Below are positions 1 through 12,087 of a stretch of DNA of 64,000 nucleotides, piece after piece. The stretch spans positions 209,314,001-209,378,000 of the forward strand of contig NC_058368.1 in the NCBI RefSeq assembly GCF_018350175.1, written 5' to 3'. The stretch comes from Felis catus. Its lineage: Eukaryota. The notes under the pieces were generated by a model. It was given only the letters and a program-made list of their open reading frames with translations. It ran no database searches and had not been told where the DNA came from. Position 1 is the stretch's first letter; each line of letters begins with the position of its first letter. A program made the translations under genes and the position numbers.

Positions 1-82
1 TTCCTTTCTGGGATAATTTATTTAGATTAGAGGTTGAATTACCTCCTGGCACCTCTTAAGTGTCATATGTTTCTTCTCTTAG

Positions 83-218
83 GAAAATGAAGCTGTTTTC
101 CTTTTGGATCATAAATTTATAAATGAAATTAATTTGCTCTCTGGAAGAACAAAGAAGAAAATTCCTTGTCTGCAGCCTTTGTTGAAGGATGCTATTGTCC
201 TAACAACATCCAGTAATG
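83..218 (+). CDS. CPLANE1: CPLANE1 coding exon 1 in window (ENEAVFLLDH...TTSSN), 136 nt
   Basis: cttag|GAA acceptor; AATG|gttaag donor; phase 0 to 1. Confidence 0.92.
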
Positions 219-331
219 GTTAAGTAGTACTCATATTTTCAAAAGGCTAGATTAATTGTATTCATAAAAACTTGGGGTAATATTAAGGGAAATATTAGAT
301 TATAACTATTGTATTTCCTTTTTGGAAGCAG

Positions 332-451
332 ATGCCTGGCTGGCTGGGGTACTCACTACAGGGGAGCTTTTTCTTTGGAACAAAGATCAAGATTGCTTGA
401 AAACTGTACAGGCAGCTGAAAAGCCTAAGAAAATGATTCAAGCTGCAGTAG
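332..451 (+). CDS. CPLANE1: CPLANE1 exon 2 in window (DAWLAGVLTT...QAAV), 120 nt
   Basis: aagcag|AT acceptor; GTAG|gtggga donor; overlaps ORF 322..507. Confidence 0.92.
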
Positions 452-636
452 GTGGGAATTTTTTGTTTAAATTGGTTTCCTTGATAAATGGGAGGAAAAG
501 AAGATGAAACATTTTCCTATTACTATTTTAAAAATATCTCTGTATGTGTGCATAAATATATCTGTGTATATATAAATATATACATATACATATATATGTT
601 TTCTTGTATATATATATGATTTTTTTGATGGTGTTT

Positions 637-860
637 GTTTTTGACTATTTAGGGAGAGCACACAGGTGAGTGGGGGAGGGGCAAAGAGAGGGAGAGGGGG
701 AGAGAGAGAGAGAGAGAGAGAGAGAGACAATATGAATCTTAAGCAGGCTCCATGCTCAATGCAGAGCCCGATGCAGGACTTGAACCCACAAACCACGAGA
801 TCGTGGCCTGAGCTGAAATCAAGAGTTGGTCATTTAACTGACTGAGCCACTCAGGCACCC
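637..860 (-). mobile_element. Can-SINE
   Basis: Reverse-complement tRNA-like head (ctgagccactcaggcaccc), (GA)n tract, flanking TGA(T/G)GGTGTTT. Confidence 0.85.
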
Positions 861-1136
861 TGAGGGTGTTTATTTGTGATACTTAGATTCATCTTGAAGA
901 AAAGTCTGGCTTGCCTAACATATCTGATAACAGTGGGTTCCTAATATCACATGACAAGTACATGGTAAATATTATTATTTGTACTTTTAATTTATTAGTA
1001 GTGCCTTAGTTTTATCCTGAATGGAAATGAAACATCATTTAGGTGTCTTATTGTCAGGATAGATAAATGATGTACTTTCTGGGAGGAACTCAGACTTCAC
1101 AGGTTTAATTGCCTTTTTTTGTTTGTTTTTTTAAAG

Positions 1137-1366
1137 CAAGCTCTTTGAGACTGTACATGTATGTATCTGGAAATGGGAGAAGAGTTCTGCTTATAACTCC
1201 TGGATGCATATTTCTTTGGGAATATTTGGAATTCAAGAATATCTTATCTTCTAAAAGCCCTTCATTGGTAGGCCAGTGGTCCCAGATCATACCTGAAGAA
1301 GCAGTTCATTTGCCTTCTAATGAAGATAAAGAAGCTGTAGTGCATGCTGTCTTTATAAAAAATGAG
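1137..1366 (+). CDS. CPLANE1: CPLANE1 exon 3 in window (ASSLRLY...FIKNE), 230 nt
   Basis: ttaaag|CA acceptor; GAG|gtaaaa donor; ORF 1109..1396. Confidence 0.93.
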
Positions 1367-1580
1367 GTAAAATCCAAATCAGACAGGGTGTTCTAGAAGA
1401 TGAGATCTCAGACTGTAAGAACAGGCACTGTTTGTGAAGCTGTTGAGCAGAGTGTGTGATAGCATTGCTGTATATCTTTAATCATCATTAATTGTCACAG
1501 TAATTGCAAAGTTATTGTGGAAAAGATATTTTTACATTTCTTGGTCATATTTTTTAAAATGTTTATTAAAAATAGTTTGA

Positions 1581-3644
1581 ACTCCACTAAAAAACTACAC
1601 TACAACTGACAAATGAATTCAGTAAAGTCACAGGATATGAGATGAATATACAGAAATCTGTTGCATTTCTCTACACTAGTAATGATGTAGCAGATTAAGA
1701 GAATAATTTCATTTATAATTGCACCAAAAATAATAAAACACCTAGGAATAAACCTAACCAAGGAGGTGAAAAATCTGTACTCTATAAAACATTGATAAGA
1801 GACATTGAGGGTGTCACAGATGGAAGGATATTCCATGCTCATGGACTGGAAGAACCAATATTTTTAAAATGTCCAAACTACCCAACATAGTCTATAGATT
1901 TAATGCAACCCCTGTCAAAATGCCAGCATTTTTCAAAGAACTGGAACAAATAACCCACAATTTGTATGGACCCATTAAAGACCCCAAGTAGCCAAAACAG
2001 TCTTGAAAAAGAAGGACAAAGCTGGAGATACCACAATTCCAGATTTTAAGTTATACCACAATGCTTAGTAATCAAAACAGTATGGTACTGGCACAAAAAT
2101 AGACATACAGCTCGATGGAACAAAATAGACAGCCCAGAAATAAACCCACCTGTATATGGTCAATGAATCTATGATGAAGGAGGCAAGAATATACAGTGGG
2201 GAAAAAGTCTCTTCAACAAATGGTGTTGGGAAAACTGGACCACTTTCTTACACCATACTCAAAAATAAGCTCGAAATGGATTAAAGACCTAAATGTGAGA
2301 CCTGAAGCCATAAAATTCCTGGAAGAAAGCATAGGAAGTACCTTCTCTGACATCAGCCATAGAAACATTTTTCTAGATACATCTCCTCTGGCAAGGGAAA
2401 CAAAAGCAAAATTAAACTATTGGAACTAGACAAAGATAAGCTTTTGCACAGCGCAGGACGAAACCAACAAAACAAAAAGACAATCTACTGAACGGGAGAA
2501 GATATTTGCAAATAATATATCCAATAAGGGGTTAATATCCAAAGTATACAAAGAACTTACACAACTCAATATCAAAAAACCACAAATAACCCAATTAAAA
2601 AATGGGCAGAGGACCTGAATAGTTATTTTTCTAAAGAAGACAAACATGCATGAAAAGATGCTCAACATCACTCATCATCAGGGAAGTGCAAATCAAGTGC
2701 TGAGATACATCACCTTACACCTGTCAGAATGACTAGAATAAAAAAGACAAGAAATGACAAGTATTTGGCAAGGATGTGGAGAAAAAGGAACCCTTATGCA
2801 CTGTTGGTGGGAATTGGTGCAGCCACTCTGGAAAACAGTGTGGAGGTTCCTCAAAAAATTAAAAGTAGAAATACCATATGATCCACCAATTCTACTACTG
2901 GGTGTTTACCCAAGGAAAACAAAAACACTTATTTGAAAAGACATATACACCCCTATGTTTACTACACCATTATATATAGTAGCTAAGATATGGAAGCAAG
3001 CCAGTGTCTATCAATAGATGAATGGATAAAGAAGATGTGGTTTATTTTTTAGGGGCGCCTGGGTGGTGCAGTCGGTTAAGCGTCCGACTTCAGCCAGGTC
3101 ACGATCTCGCGGTCCGTGAGTTCGAGCCCCGCGTCAGGCTCTGGGCTGATGGCTCAGAGCCTGGAGCCTGTTTCCGATTCTGTGTCTCCCTCTCTCTCTG
3201 CCCCTCCCCCGTTCATGCTCTGTCTCTCTCTGTCCCAAAAATAAATAAACGTTGAAAAAAAAAATTAAAAAAAAAAAAAGATGTGGTTTATTTTTAAAAT
3301 GTCATAATTAATCAGTGATAAAGAATAATGAGATCTTGCCATTTGCAACAACATGGATGGAGCTAGAGGGTATAATGCTAAGTGAAATAAGTCCAATCAG
3401 AGAAAGGCAAATACCATGACTTAAATTATATGTTGAATCTGAAAAACAAAAGGAACGGACTCTTAAATACAGAGAACAAACTGGTGGTTGCCAGAGGGGA
3501 GGTGGGTGAGGGATGGATGAAATAGATAAAGGGTGTTAAGAGCACACTTACCTTGATAAACACTGAGATGTGTAGAATTGTTGAATCATTATACTGTACA
3601 CTTGAAACTAATATAACACTGTATGTTAATTATACTTGAATAAA
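1581..3644 (+). mobile_element. 5'-truncated L1 (ORF2 3' half plus 3' UTR), degenerate
   Basis: ORF2-like peptides ([35 protein letters not shown]), poly-A, TSD AAAAAT(A/G)GTTTGA at 1568-1580 and 3645-3657. Confidence 0.92.
3052..3277 (+). mobile_element. Young SINEC_Fc-like SINE nested in L1
   Basis: GGGGCGCCTGGGTGG head, CpG-rich body, (CT)n, A-tail, TSD AAGATGTGGTTTATTTTT. Confidence 0.93.
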
Positions 3645-3696
3645 AAAAATGGTTTGACCTTAGAGCTTCCTTTCTCTTTTCCTAGTATTTTCCCTA

Positions 3697-3700
3697 GTTT

Positions 3701-3759
<59 letters not shown>

Positions 3760-4994
3760 GAGAGCACGAGCAGGGGGGAGAGGCAGACAGAGAGAGGGAA
3801 TCCTCAGCAGGCTCCACACTCAAGAGTAGAAACTGAGTGTGATTGCACAACCCTAGGATTATGCCCTGAGCTGAAATCAAAGAGTCGGATGCCTAACTGA
3901 CTGAGCCACCCAGATGCCCCAATTTTTATTTATTTTTTAATTTCAGTATAGTTGAGACACAATGTTACATTAGTTTCAGGTATACAACATGATGATTCAT
4001 GAACTCTTTACGTTATGCTGTGCTTTCCACAAGTGTAGCCACCATCTATTACCATCAAAACTATTATTATGCCATTGATTGTATACCCTCTGTTGTACCT
4101 TTTAGTCCCATGACTTGTTTGTTACATAACTAGAAGCCTGTATCTCCCACTCCCCTTCATCCATTTTGTCCACGCCCCTGCCCTGCACCCTACTCCCCTC
4201 CGGCAAACATCAGTTTGTTATCTGTATTTACAAGTGTGATTCTGTACTTTTCTCCATTTTTAATTTTTTTTTTCAACGTTTTTTTTTTTTTTATTTTTCT
4301 TTTTGGGACAGAGAGAGACAGAGCATGAACGGGGGAGGGGCAGAGAGAGGGAGACACAGAATCGGAAACAGTTCGAGCCTGACGCGGGGCTCGAACTCAC
4401 GGACCGCGAGATCGTGACCTGGCTGAAGTCGGACGCTTAACCGACTGCGCCACCCAGGCGCCCCTTTTCTCCATTTTTAAAATATAACTAGTTTTATAAT
4501 TTAAAAAGCTAGAATTGGTGATAATTAAGCCATTTAATTACCAGGAAAGAACACATTAATTAAAAAACATTATCAATAGCTGCATGCACTCTTTATATGT
4601 ATGGACCAACATTTTATTACCCAGTCCACTGTTGTTAGAAATTGCATTTTGAATTTTTTTTTCCTTTATCTTCTTCCCACCCCTGGGGGTAGTGCCCTAA
4701 TTTAGATAATAAATAACTGTAAAATAAGAGAAAAAAAATTATAAGAATCCAGTTTCAGCCACAGTAAATTACAGTGTTTTCTTCCTTGTTTAATTTAATT
4801 TTTAAAGTTTATTTATTTTCAGAGAGAGAGCAAGCATGCATGTGGGGAAGGAGCAGAGAGAGACAATCTTAAGCAGGCTGTGAGCTCAGTGCAGAGCCCG
4901 AGGTGGGACTCAAACCCACAAACCGTGAGATCATGACCTGAGCTGAAACTAAGAGTTGGATGCTTGCTTAACTGACAGAGCCACTCAGGCGCCC
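3697..4994 (-). mobile_element. Cluster: SINE about 3697-3920 with (TTTA)n tail, old L1 3' end about 3930-4240, SINE 4264-4464, SINE about 4797-4994
   Basis: Reverse-complement SINE heads and tails; L1 3' UTR-like sequence; TSD TTTTCTCCATTTTTAA around 4264-4464. Confidence 0.82.
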
Positions 4995-4999
4995 TTAAT

Positions 5000-6095
5000 T
5001 TTTATTAATTTTTTTCAAATTTCGATTTAAATCTAGTTAGTTAATATATAGTGCAATATTGGTTTCAGGAGTAGAATTCAGTGACTTATCATTTACATAC
5101 AACACCCAGTGTTCATAACCAGTGCCCTCTCAAAACCCATTCCCCATTTAGCCCACGCCCCACCCACCTCCTTCCATCAACCTTCAGTTTCCTATCTTAA
5201 GAGTCTCTTATGGCTTGTTTCCCTCTTTTTTTCTTTTTTTTCCCCTCCCATATGTTCATCTGTTTAGTTTTTTTTTTTTTTTAATGTTTATTTTTTGAGG
5301 GAGAGACAGCATGAACCAGGGGAGGGGGCAGAGAGAGAGGGAGACACAGAATCAGAAGTAGGCTCTAGGCTCTGAGCTGTCAACACAGAGCCCAATGTGG
5401 GGCTCAAACTCATCAACCACAAGATCATGAACTGAGCTGAAGTCGGACGCCCAACCAACTGAGCCACCCAGGTGCCCCTCATCTGTTTTGTTTCTTAAAT
5501 TCCACATATGAGTGAAATCATATGGTACTTGTCTTTCTCAGACTGACTTATTTTGCTTAGCATAATACACTCTAGCTCCATCCAAGTCATTGAAAATGTC
5601 AAGATTTCATTCTTTCTGATGACCGAGTAATATTCTGTTTTATATATATATCACACTTACCCATTCATCAGTTGATGGACACTTGGACTCTTTCCATAGT
5701 TTGGCTATTGTTGATAATGCTGTTATAAACATTGGGGTGCATGTACCCCTTTGAATCTGTATTTTTGTATCCTTTGGGTAAATACTTAGTAGTGCAATGC
5801 TGGGTTGTAGGATAGTTCTATTTTTAACTTTATGAGCAACCTCCATACTGTTTTCTGGGGTGGCTGCGCCAGTTTACATTCCCACCAAGAGTGCAAGAGT
5901 GTGCCCCTTTCTTTGCATCCTCGCCAACACCTGTTGTGTCTTGTGTTGTTAATTTTACAACACATTCTGACAGGTGTGAGGTGGTGTTTCGTTGTGGTTT
6001 TGATTTGTATCTCCCTGGTGATGAGTGATGTTGAGCATCTTTTCATGTGTTTGTTAGCCATCTGGGTGCCTTCTTTGGGAAAATGTCTATTCTTC
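5000..6095 (-). mobile_element. L1 3' fragment with nested SINE (about 5266-5478)
   Basis: Minus-strand ORFs 5786..6097 and 5640..5846 resemble the ORF2 C-terminus. Confidence 0.88.
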
Positions 6096-6104
6096 ATTGG
6101 CAGT

Positions 6105-6631
6105 GTTTTTTTAATTTTTAAAAATTATGTTTATTTTTGAGAGAGAGTGAGAAAGAGTGTGAGTTAGCGGGGGAGGGGCAGAGAAAGAAAGACACAGAAT
6201 CTGAAGCAGGCTCCAGGCTCTGAGCTGTCAGCACAGAAACTGATGTGGGGCTCGAACCAACAAACCATGGGATCATGACCTGAGCTGAAGTCGGATGCTT
6301 AACTGAGCCACCCAGGTGCCCCGGTATGTTTTCTTAAGCCAATAAGCTGCACCTTGATTTCCCATTTGGTCCATGCCCTGGCTCAGAAATAAAATTACTT
6401 ATTCTTTTAAAAAAAAAATTTTTTTTTTCAACGTTTATTTATTTTTGGGACAGAGGGAGACAGAGCATGAACGGGGGAGGGGCAGAGAGAGAGGGAGACA
6501 CAGAATCGGAAACAGGCTCCAGGCTCCGAGCCATCAGCCCAGAGCCTGACGCGGGGCTCGAACTCACGGACCGCGAGATCGTGACCTGGCTGAAGTCGGA
6601 CGCTTAACCGACTGCGCCACCCAGGCGCCCC
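6105..6631 (-). mobile_element. Two Can-SINEs (about 6105-6322; young copy 6408-6631)
   Basis: TSD AAAATTACTTATTCTTT at 6391-6407 and 6632-6648 for the young copy. Confidence 0.9.
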
Positions 6632-6788
6632 AAAATTACTTATTCTTTAGCCTTATGTTAAGAATAAAAATACAAGCAGGATTTCTGTATGTTTCATTTA
6701 TTTTATTTATGATGAGAATATATGTTTTACATATCTTGGTTTATTTTCAGATTAATTGTATACTAAAGTTTATTAAATTTATCTACAG

Positions 6789-6895
6789 TTATTTGGAGAT
6801 TGCTGCTTGTGTTCATTTACTTTTTATTCTGGAGAATGTCTGAAGTTAACATTTCTAGCAATTCGGTGGCATGAGAATGTATTTACACCTGTAAG
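6789..6895 (+). CDS. CPLANE1: CPLANE1 exon 4 in window (LFGDCCLCSF...FTPVR), 107 nt
   Basis: ctacag|TTA acceptor; AAG|gtgaga donor; manual translation. Confidence 0.92.
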
Positions 6896-7298
6896 GTGAG
6901 ATAAAGGTTTTCTTTTTCCTTATTTTCTGTCCCTTTTAAAATATTATTATTTTTTCACCCATAATACATAAGATTAATTAAATGAAATGTAAATTTGAAC
7001 TTTTGAGATCTTACAGATCTATTCTTCCCATAAGTACTGTTGTTATTTTACTTTTCATTTTAATGTTTTGTTTATTTTTAGAACAAGCAGGGGGAGGGGC
7101 GGAGAGGGAGGGAACAGAGGATCAGAAGCAGGTTCTGCAAGGTTTTTCTCATTTTTATTTCCTTTCATGGAATTAAGAACATGTAAAAGGTAAGACAGGC
7201 TATGGTCTTGCTTGTATTAAAATTATAGAGATAGGTATTTGGGGAAATAATTGAATTTTAAAAAGGATATAGCTCGAATTTACTACTGTAACTTTTAA

Positions 7299-8280
7299 TT
7301 TTTTTTTTAATGTTTATTTATTTTTGAGACAGAGAGAGACAGAGCATGAATGGGGGAGGGGCAGAGAGAGAGGGAGACACAGAATCGGAAGCAGGCTCCA
7401 GGCTGTGAGCCATCAGCCCGGAGCCTGACGCGGGGCTCGCACTCACGAACCGCGAGATCGTGACTTGAGCTGAAGTCGGATGCTCAACCGACTGAGCCAC
7501 CCAGGCGCCCCACTACTGTAACTTTTAACTACTCAAGTACTTTTTATTATTTTTTATTTAAATGTTTATTTTGAGAGCAAGAATGTGTGCACATGAGTGG
7601 GGGAAGGGCAGAGGGAGAGAGAGAGAATCCCAAGCAGGCTCTGCACTGTCAGTGCAGAGTCCAACTTGGTACTTGATCTCATGAACTGTGAGATCATGAC
7701 CTGAGTCAAAATCAAGAGTCAGATGCTTAACTGACTGAGCCACCCAGGAAACCTGCTCACATAGTTTTTTGTGTGTTTTTTTTAATGTTTATTTATTTTT
7801 GAGAGAGAGAGACAGAGAGTGTGTGAGCAGGGAAGGGGCAGAGAGAGAGAGGGAGACAGAATCTGAAGCGGGCTCCAGGCTCTGAGCTGTCAGCACAGAG
7901 CCTTAATGTAGGGCTCAAACTTATGAACTGTGAGATCATGACCTGAGCCAAAGTCGGACAGTTAACCAACTGAGCCACCTAGGCACCCTTGCTCACATAC
8001 TTTTTAAACTAGAAATAGTTTTATATATACTACAAAGCCCAATAAAATACATAGTGCATTAAAAGCATATCATGCCTGGGCACCTGGGTTTCTTAGTCAG
8101 TTAAGCTTTGGACTCTCGACTTTGGCTCAGGTCATGATTTCATGGTTCATGAGTTCGAGCCCTGCTTTGGGCTCTGCACTTACAGTGTGGAGCCTATTTG
8201 GGATTCTCTCTCCCTCTCTCTCTGCCCCTCCCCCACTTGTGAGCATGCACTCTCTCTAAATAAATAAACTTTTAAAAAAA
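7299..8280. mobile_element. SINE cluster: 7299-7511(-), about 7546-7754(-), about 7770-7988(-), about 8078-8280(+)
   Basis: Four SINE bodies; TSD ACTACTGTAACTTTTAA at 7282-7298 and 7512-7528. Confidence 0.88.
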
Positions 8281-9041
8281 GCATATCATGCTTCAGTAAG
8301 ATTTAGTAAAATAGTGTGATTTTTAAAATTTTCTTAATTTTCTTATGCTCTGGTACTTTATATATTAGGTGTATAATGAGTTGGACTCTAATAAATATAC
8401 ATGTGTGTAACCATATACCAAATATAGAACATTGCCACTATGTTATTTTTATTTTTTAAAGATTTTATTTTATTTTAAGTTTATTTATTTTGAGGGAGAG
8501 AGAGGAAGGGGCAGAGAGAGAGAGGGAGAGAGAATCCCAGAACCTTTAGATCATGACCTGAGCAGAAATCAAGGGTCAGATGCTTAACTGACTGAGCCAG
8601 TTAAGATTTTATTTTTAAGTAATCTCTACATCTAACATGGGACTTGAACTTATAAACCCAAGATCAAGAGTCACACGCTCTCCTGAATGAGCCATCCATG
8701 TACTCCAGAACGTTGCCACTATTTTAAAAATCCATTCTTCTGTATTTAATTTCTGTGAAAATGTTTACAGTGATGTATAATATGTGTCATCTAAATCTTT
8801 TGTCAAAACAGATGCATTTGGGGTTGACTATGGAACATGCCATTACTAACAAAATGCTGATACTGAACCTGTTTAACTGGCAACTGCTCTTTTGTGGCAT
8901 GGATGAAAATTCTGAGCAGTTGCTAAGAGGGCCTCTAATATTCATGCACATATAGGAATTGGACCCTTAAGTTTTTTATGATGAGCTAAGTATTAAAAGT
9001 TACTATATTTCCTATTTTCAATTATTTCATTACTTACTTAG

Positions 9042-9198
9042 ATCGTTGCCATACCATGTTCATTGGGCACAACAAGACTGCCTTCTGTGCCATCTAATTC
9101 CCAAATGTGAATCGGTAAAGTCAAGAGGAGCTCTAATTTCTGCCTTTTCAAGAGATGGCATTACTCTGGCAGTAACTCTTAATCAGAAAGACCCAAAG
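9042..9198 (+). CDS. CPLANE1: CPLANE1 exon 5 in window (SLPYHVHWAQQ...QKDPK), 157 nt
   Basis: cttag|A acceptor; AAG|gtcagt donor. Confidence 0.92.
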
Positions 9199-9635
9199 GT
9201 CAGTATATGTAATCTGTCTTGAAAGTAGCCTATGAAAGAGTTCAATTTGGAGTTGTTTTGTAATACTACTTTATGTTCTTTATATTGGTGTTTTCTGATC
9301 CAGTTTAACATTGTGGTGTTTTCTGATCCAGTTTAACTTTAACATAAAGTTATTTTATCCAGAAGCTATAATTTCAAAACTTGGCCTTCAGAAGTGAAAA
9401 GAGGGTAACAAAAAGGAAGAAGGGCAAAGTGTAACTGATGTCCTTAAAATATAGTATAAAAGAGTGAGGAGTTTCAGTTTTCAGTATTGTTTTGCCAGTT
9501 GGGAAAGACTTCCAAGATAGTTTATTAATATAATAATAGGTCTCTAGGTCTCTAGAATTATAAGTAATGATTAAAGTAAAATAATTTTAATGTTTTTTTG
9601 CATTTTTTTTTTTTTTTTTTTTTTTTGCTTTCTAG

Positions 9636-9739
9636 GCAACTCAGGTATTGTTTATAAACACGTTGAATTTTGTTACTCTCTGTGGTAGCCTGAGAGGGTG
9701 TAGTAATAAGAATCCTGTGGTTCCACCTACACTTATCAG
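9636..9739 (+). CDS. CPLANE1: CPLANE1 exon 6 in window (ATQVLFINT...PTLIR), 104 nt
   Basis: long poly-T then tctag|GCA; CAG|gtatga donor. Confidence 0.92.
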
Positions 9740-10396
9740 GTATGAACTCATGTGTTTCTGTATAGCATTTTTATTTTCTCTTCTAATAGTTTAATAAGTT
9801 TAAGGCTCTGATAATACAAAAGATATCTAAATAGATATTTAGGTAGATAATGCAGCTTACTTTCAGCATTTGTGCTTGATTAATTGCTATATGAAGGAAA
9901 ATCTTATCTTAAGGAAGGATCTGGTAGGGTGGAAGATACATGAACATATTTTCTTTTCTCCTTTATTTTTTTCTGTGTTATCTCAGGAGGAGTGGAATCA
10001 TAACTGGATAGGGGATATTGGGCTTAATTAGAGACTGAAATGAGAAAACCTGGACTGGGAAGATCATTATATACTTGGGGTGGCTGAGGTGTTTATAGCT
10101 TTTTAAACAAAGTTGGCATGCTCTGCATGTGGGTTAATAGCAATAATCAGGATTTTTGATAGCACAAGAGCCTCTACCAGGATCTATTTGGGATTATAGA
10201 GTAGGAAGGTTTCCTCTTGGACTTCCTAATTTCCTTTTCTGAACATTTTTCTTTGCTGTTCTCTGAATTTCCAAAGTTTTCAGATCTATCTAGTCTTGCC
10301 TCTTCATTTTCTTTCCCCACCCAAAAGTTCTTTTCTGAAGGTATTACTCATTCTTACACCTGAAATTAATGTAACATTGTGTCTTGACTATAATTC

Positions 10397-10463
10397 AAAA
10401 AGAGAAAGAAAGAAAAGAAAAGAAAAGAAAAGAAAGAAAGAAAGAGAGAAAGAGAAAAAAAAA
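10397..10463 (+). repeat. (GAAA/GAAAA)n purine microsatellite
   Basis: direct reading. Confidence 0.85.
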
Positions 10464-11032
10464 ATGAATGAATTGCTGGTCTCAGTGCAGTGGTCTCTTT
10501 GACTTAGAGTGTACGTCATTATTTACATAAGGAGCTACTTTTTGTCTCCTTGAAAGATTAATATTACTAGACAGTTAAGGAGCTGTAAGGATGACTTTGG
10601 AAAGAGGGAGTCTGCTGCTGCATGGAACCTCTAGCAAGCTGCAGAGAGAGGGCAGGCATGGTATTGATTGACCTTTAAATCTATCAGTAGATTTGAGTTG
10701 TAGACACCAATAGAATTAAAGTTGTTCTAATTAAAATGTGAGTGACTAAAAAGCTTAACTCTTTTAGGGAGTATTTTCATCTTATCATTTGCTTATGTGT
10801 CTACGTGAATTTCTAGTTTGTATGTTTTATGGAGTAGATGTTGATGAGCAAACTCCTTTTTTTCCTTACCTTTTTTTCTGGGAAGTAAAATACACGAAAT
10901 GTATGTGGCAGTTTGCTACTATTCATTCTTTCCTCCTTATTTTTTGAAGTGTTTCAACTCTGCTTGGCCATTTTAAATTGTCAAAGACATTGTAAAGAGT
11001 CCTTTCTAAACATACTGTCTTGCTTTTTCTAG

Positions 11033-11215
11033 GTCCTACTGGGTAGGTGATATCAGCTGGACTCATGATAGTCTTTTTCTGGCTTGTATGTTAAAACGTG
11101 GCTCCCTGGTTTTATTGACCTGTCAAGGTGAATTGGTAACATTAATTACATTTGGTTGCTCTATAGAATTTGGGCCAGCAGAATTTATTCCTTTTCACCC
11201 ACTCATAACATATAG
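11033..11215 (+). CDS. CPLANE1: CPLANE1 exon 7 in window (SYWVGDISWTHD...LITYR), 183 nt
   Basis: tttctag|G acceptor; TAG|gtgaga donor. Confidence 0.92.
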
Positions 11216-12087
11216 GTGAGACATTTGAATTATTTTAATTTGTTTGTAGAAGGTTTTCTCTTTTGGTATTACTTTATTGTGTATTTTTAAAAAATAATTT
11301 CATCTTTCGAATTGTCTTTTGCTCTCTTTGAGTCTGTCCTTTCAATATCTGTTTCTTATTTATAGTTTTCTTCTATTTCTTTTTGTTGCTAAATCCTGGT
11401 GAAATAAGACATTGTGACTATGTAAGTATAAGTTATTTAAGTATTCAATAGCACTGAAACATTTGTCTTCTTTTATGTAAAATTCAAAGAAGTGTGATAT
11501 GTCTTTTATTGTTTCTTTAAAAGAAGGCCACTTAAATAAATGAGTAACTCAAAATTAACTTGGCACATGGATTTATCTGTTTTTTTCCCCCAAAGGGAAG
11601 AAGGGGAAAAGTTGTTGGAAATGGATAGAAGAATTTAGAATTTAGCCATGTTTTAATTTTTAATTGTGGGATGGGGTAGCGGTTTGGCTTTGGAGTCAGA
11701 TCAAAATTTAAATCTTTGTTCTTCTACTTATTAGTTGTATGACTTTGGGTAAGTTATACCTTAAGCTCTTTTTCTTTTACTGGGAAGTGGAAATGACTAT
11801 ATTTGTCTCTTAGGGTTGAGGGAATAAAATAAAATAATAAATGGTTATAAATAAGCACAATTCTGACATAAGTCCTTAGTAAATATTTTTGTTATTGATG
11901 TTAGTATTAGATATGACCTGACATATACACATAGGTATTTACAAAACAAAAACTTTGGAAAAGGATTTTGAAATCACTCCATTGCTATTGCTTCACAGAA
12001 AGGAGATTGAGGGATTGTCCTTGATTATTTGTAGCAAAAAGTGATGCTTAATTTTTAGCACTGGAAAGTTATAAGTGAAAAATTTGT

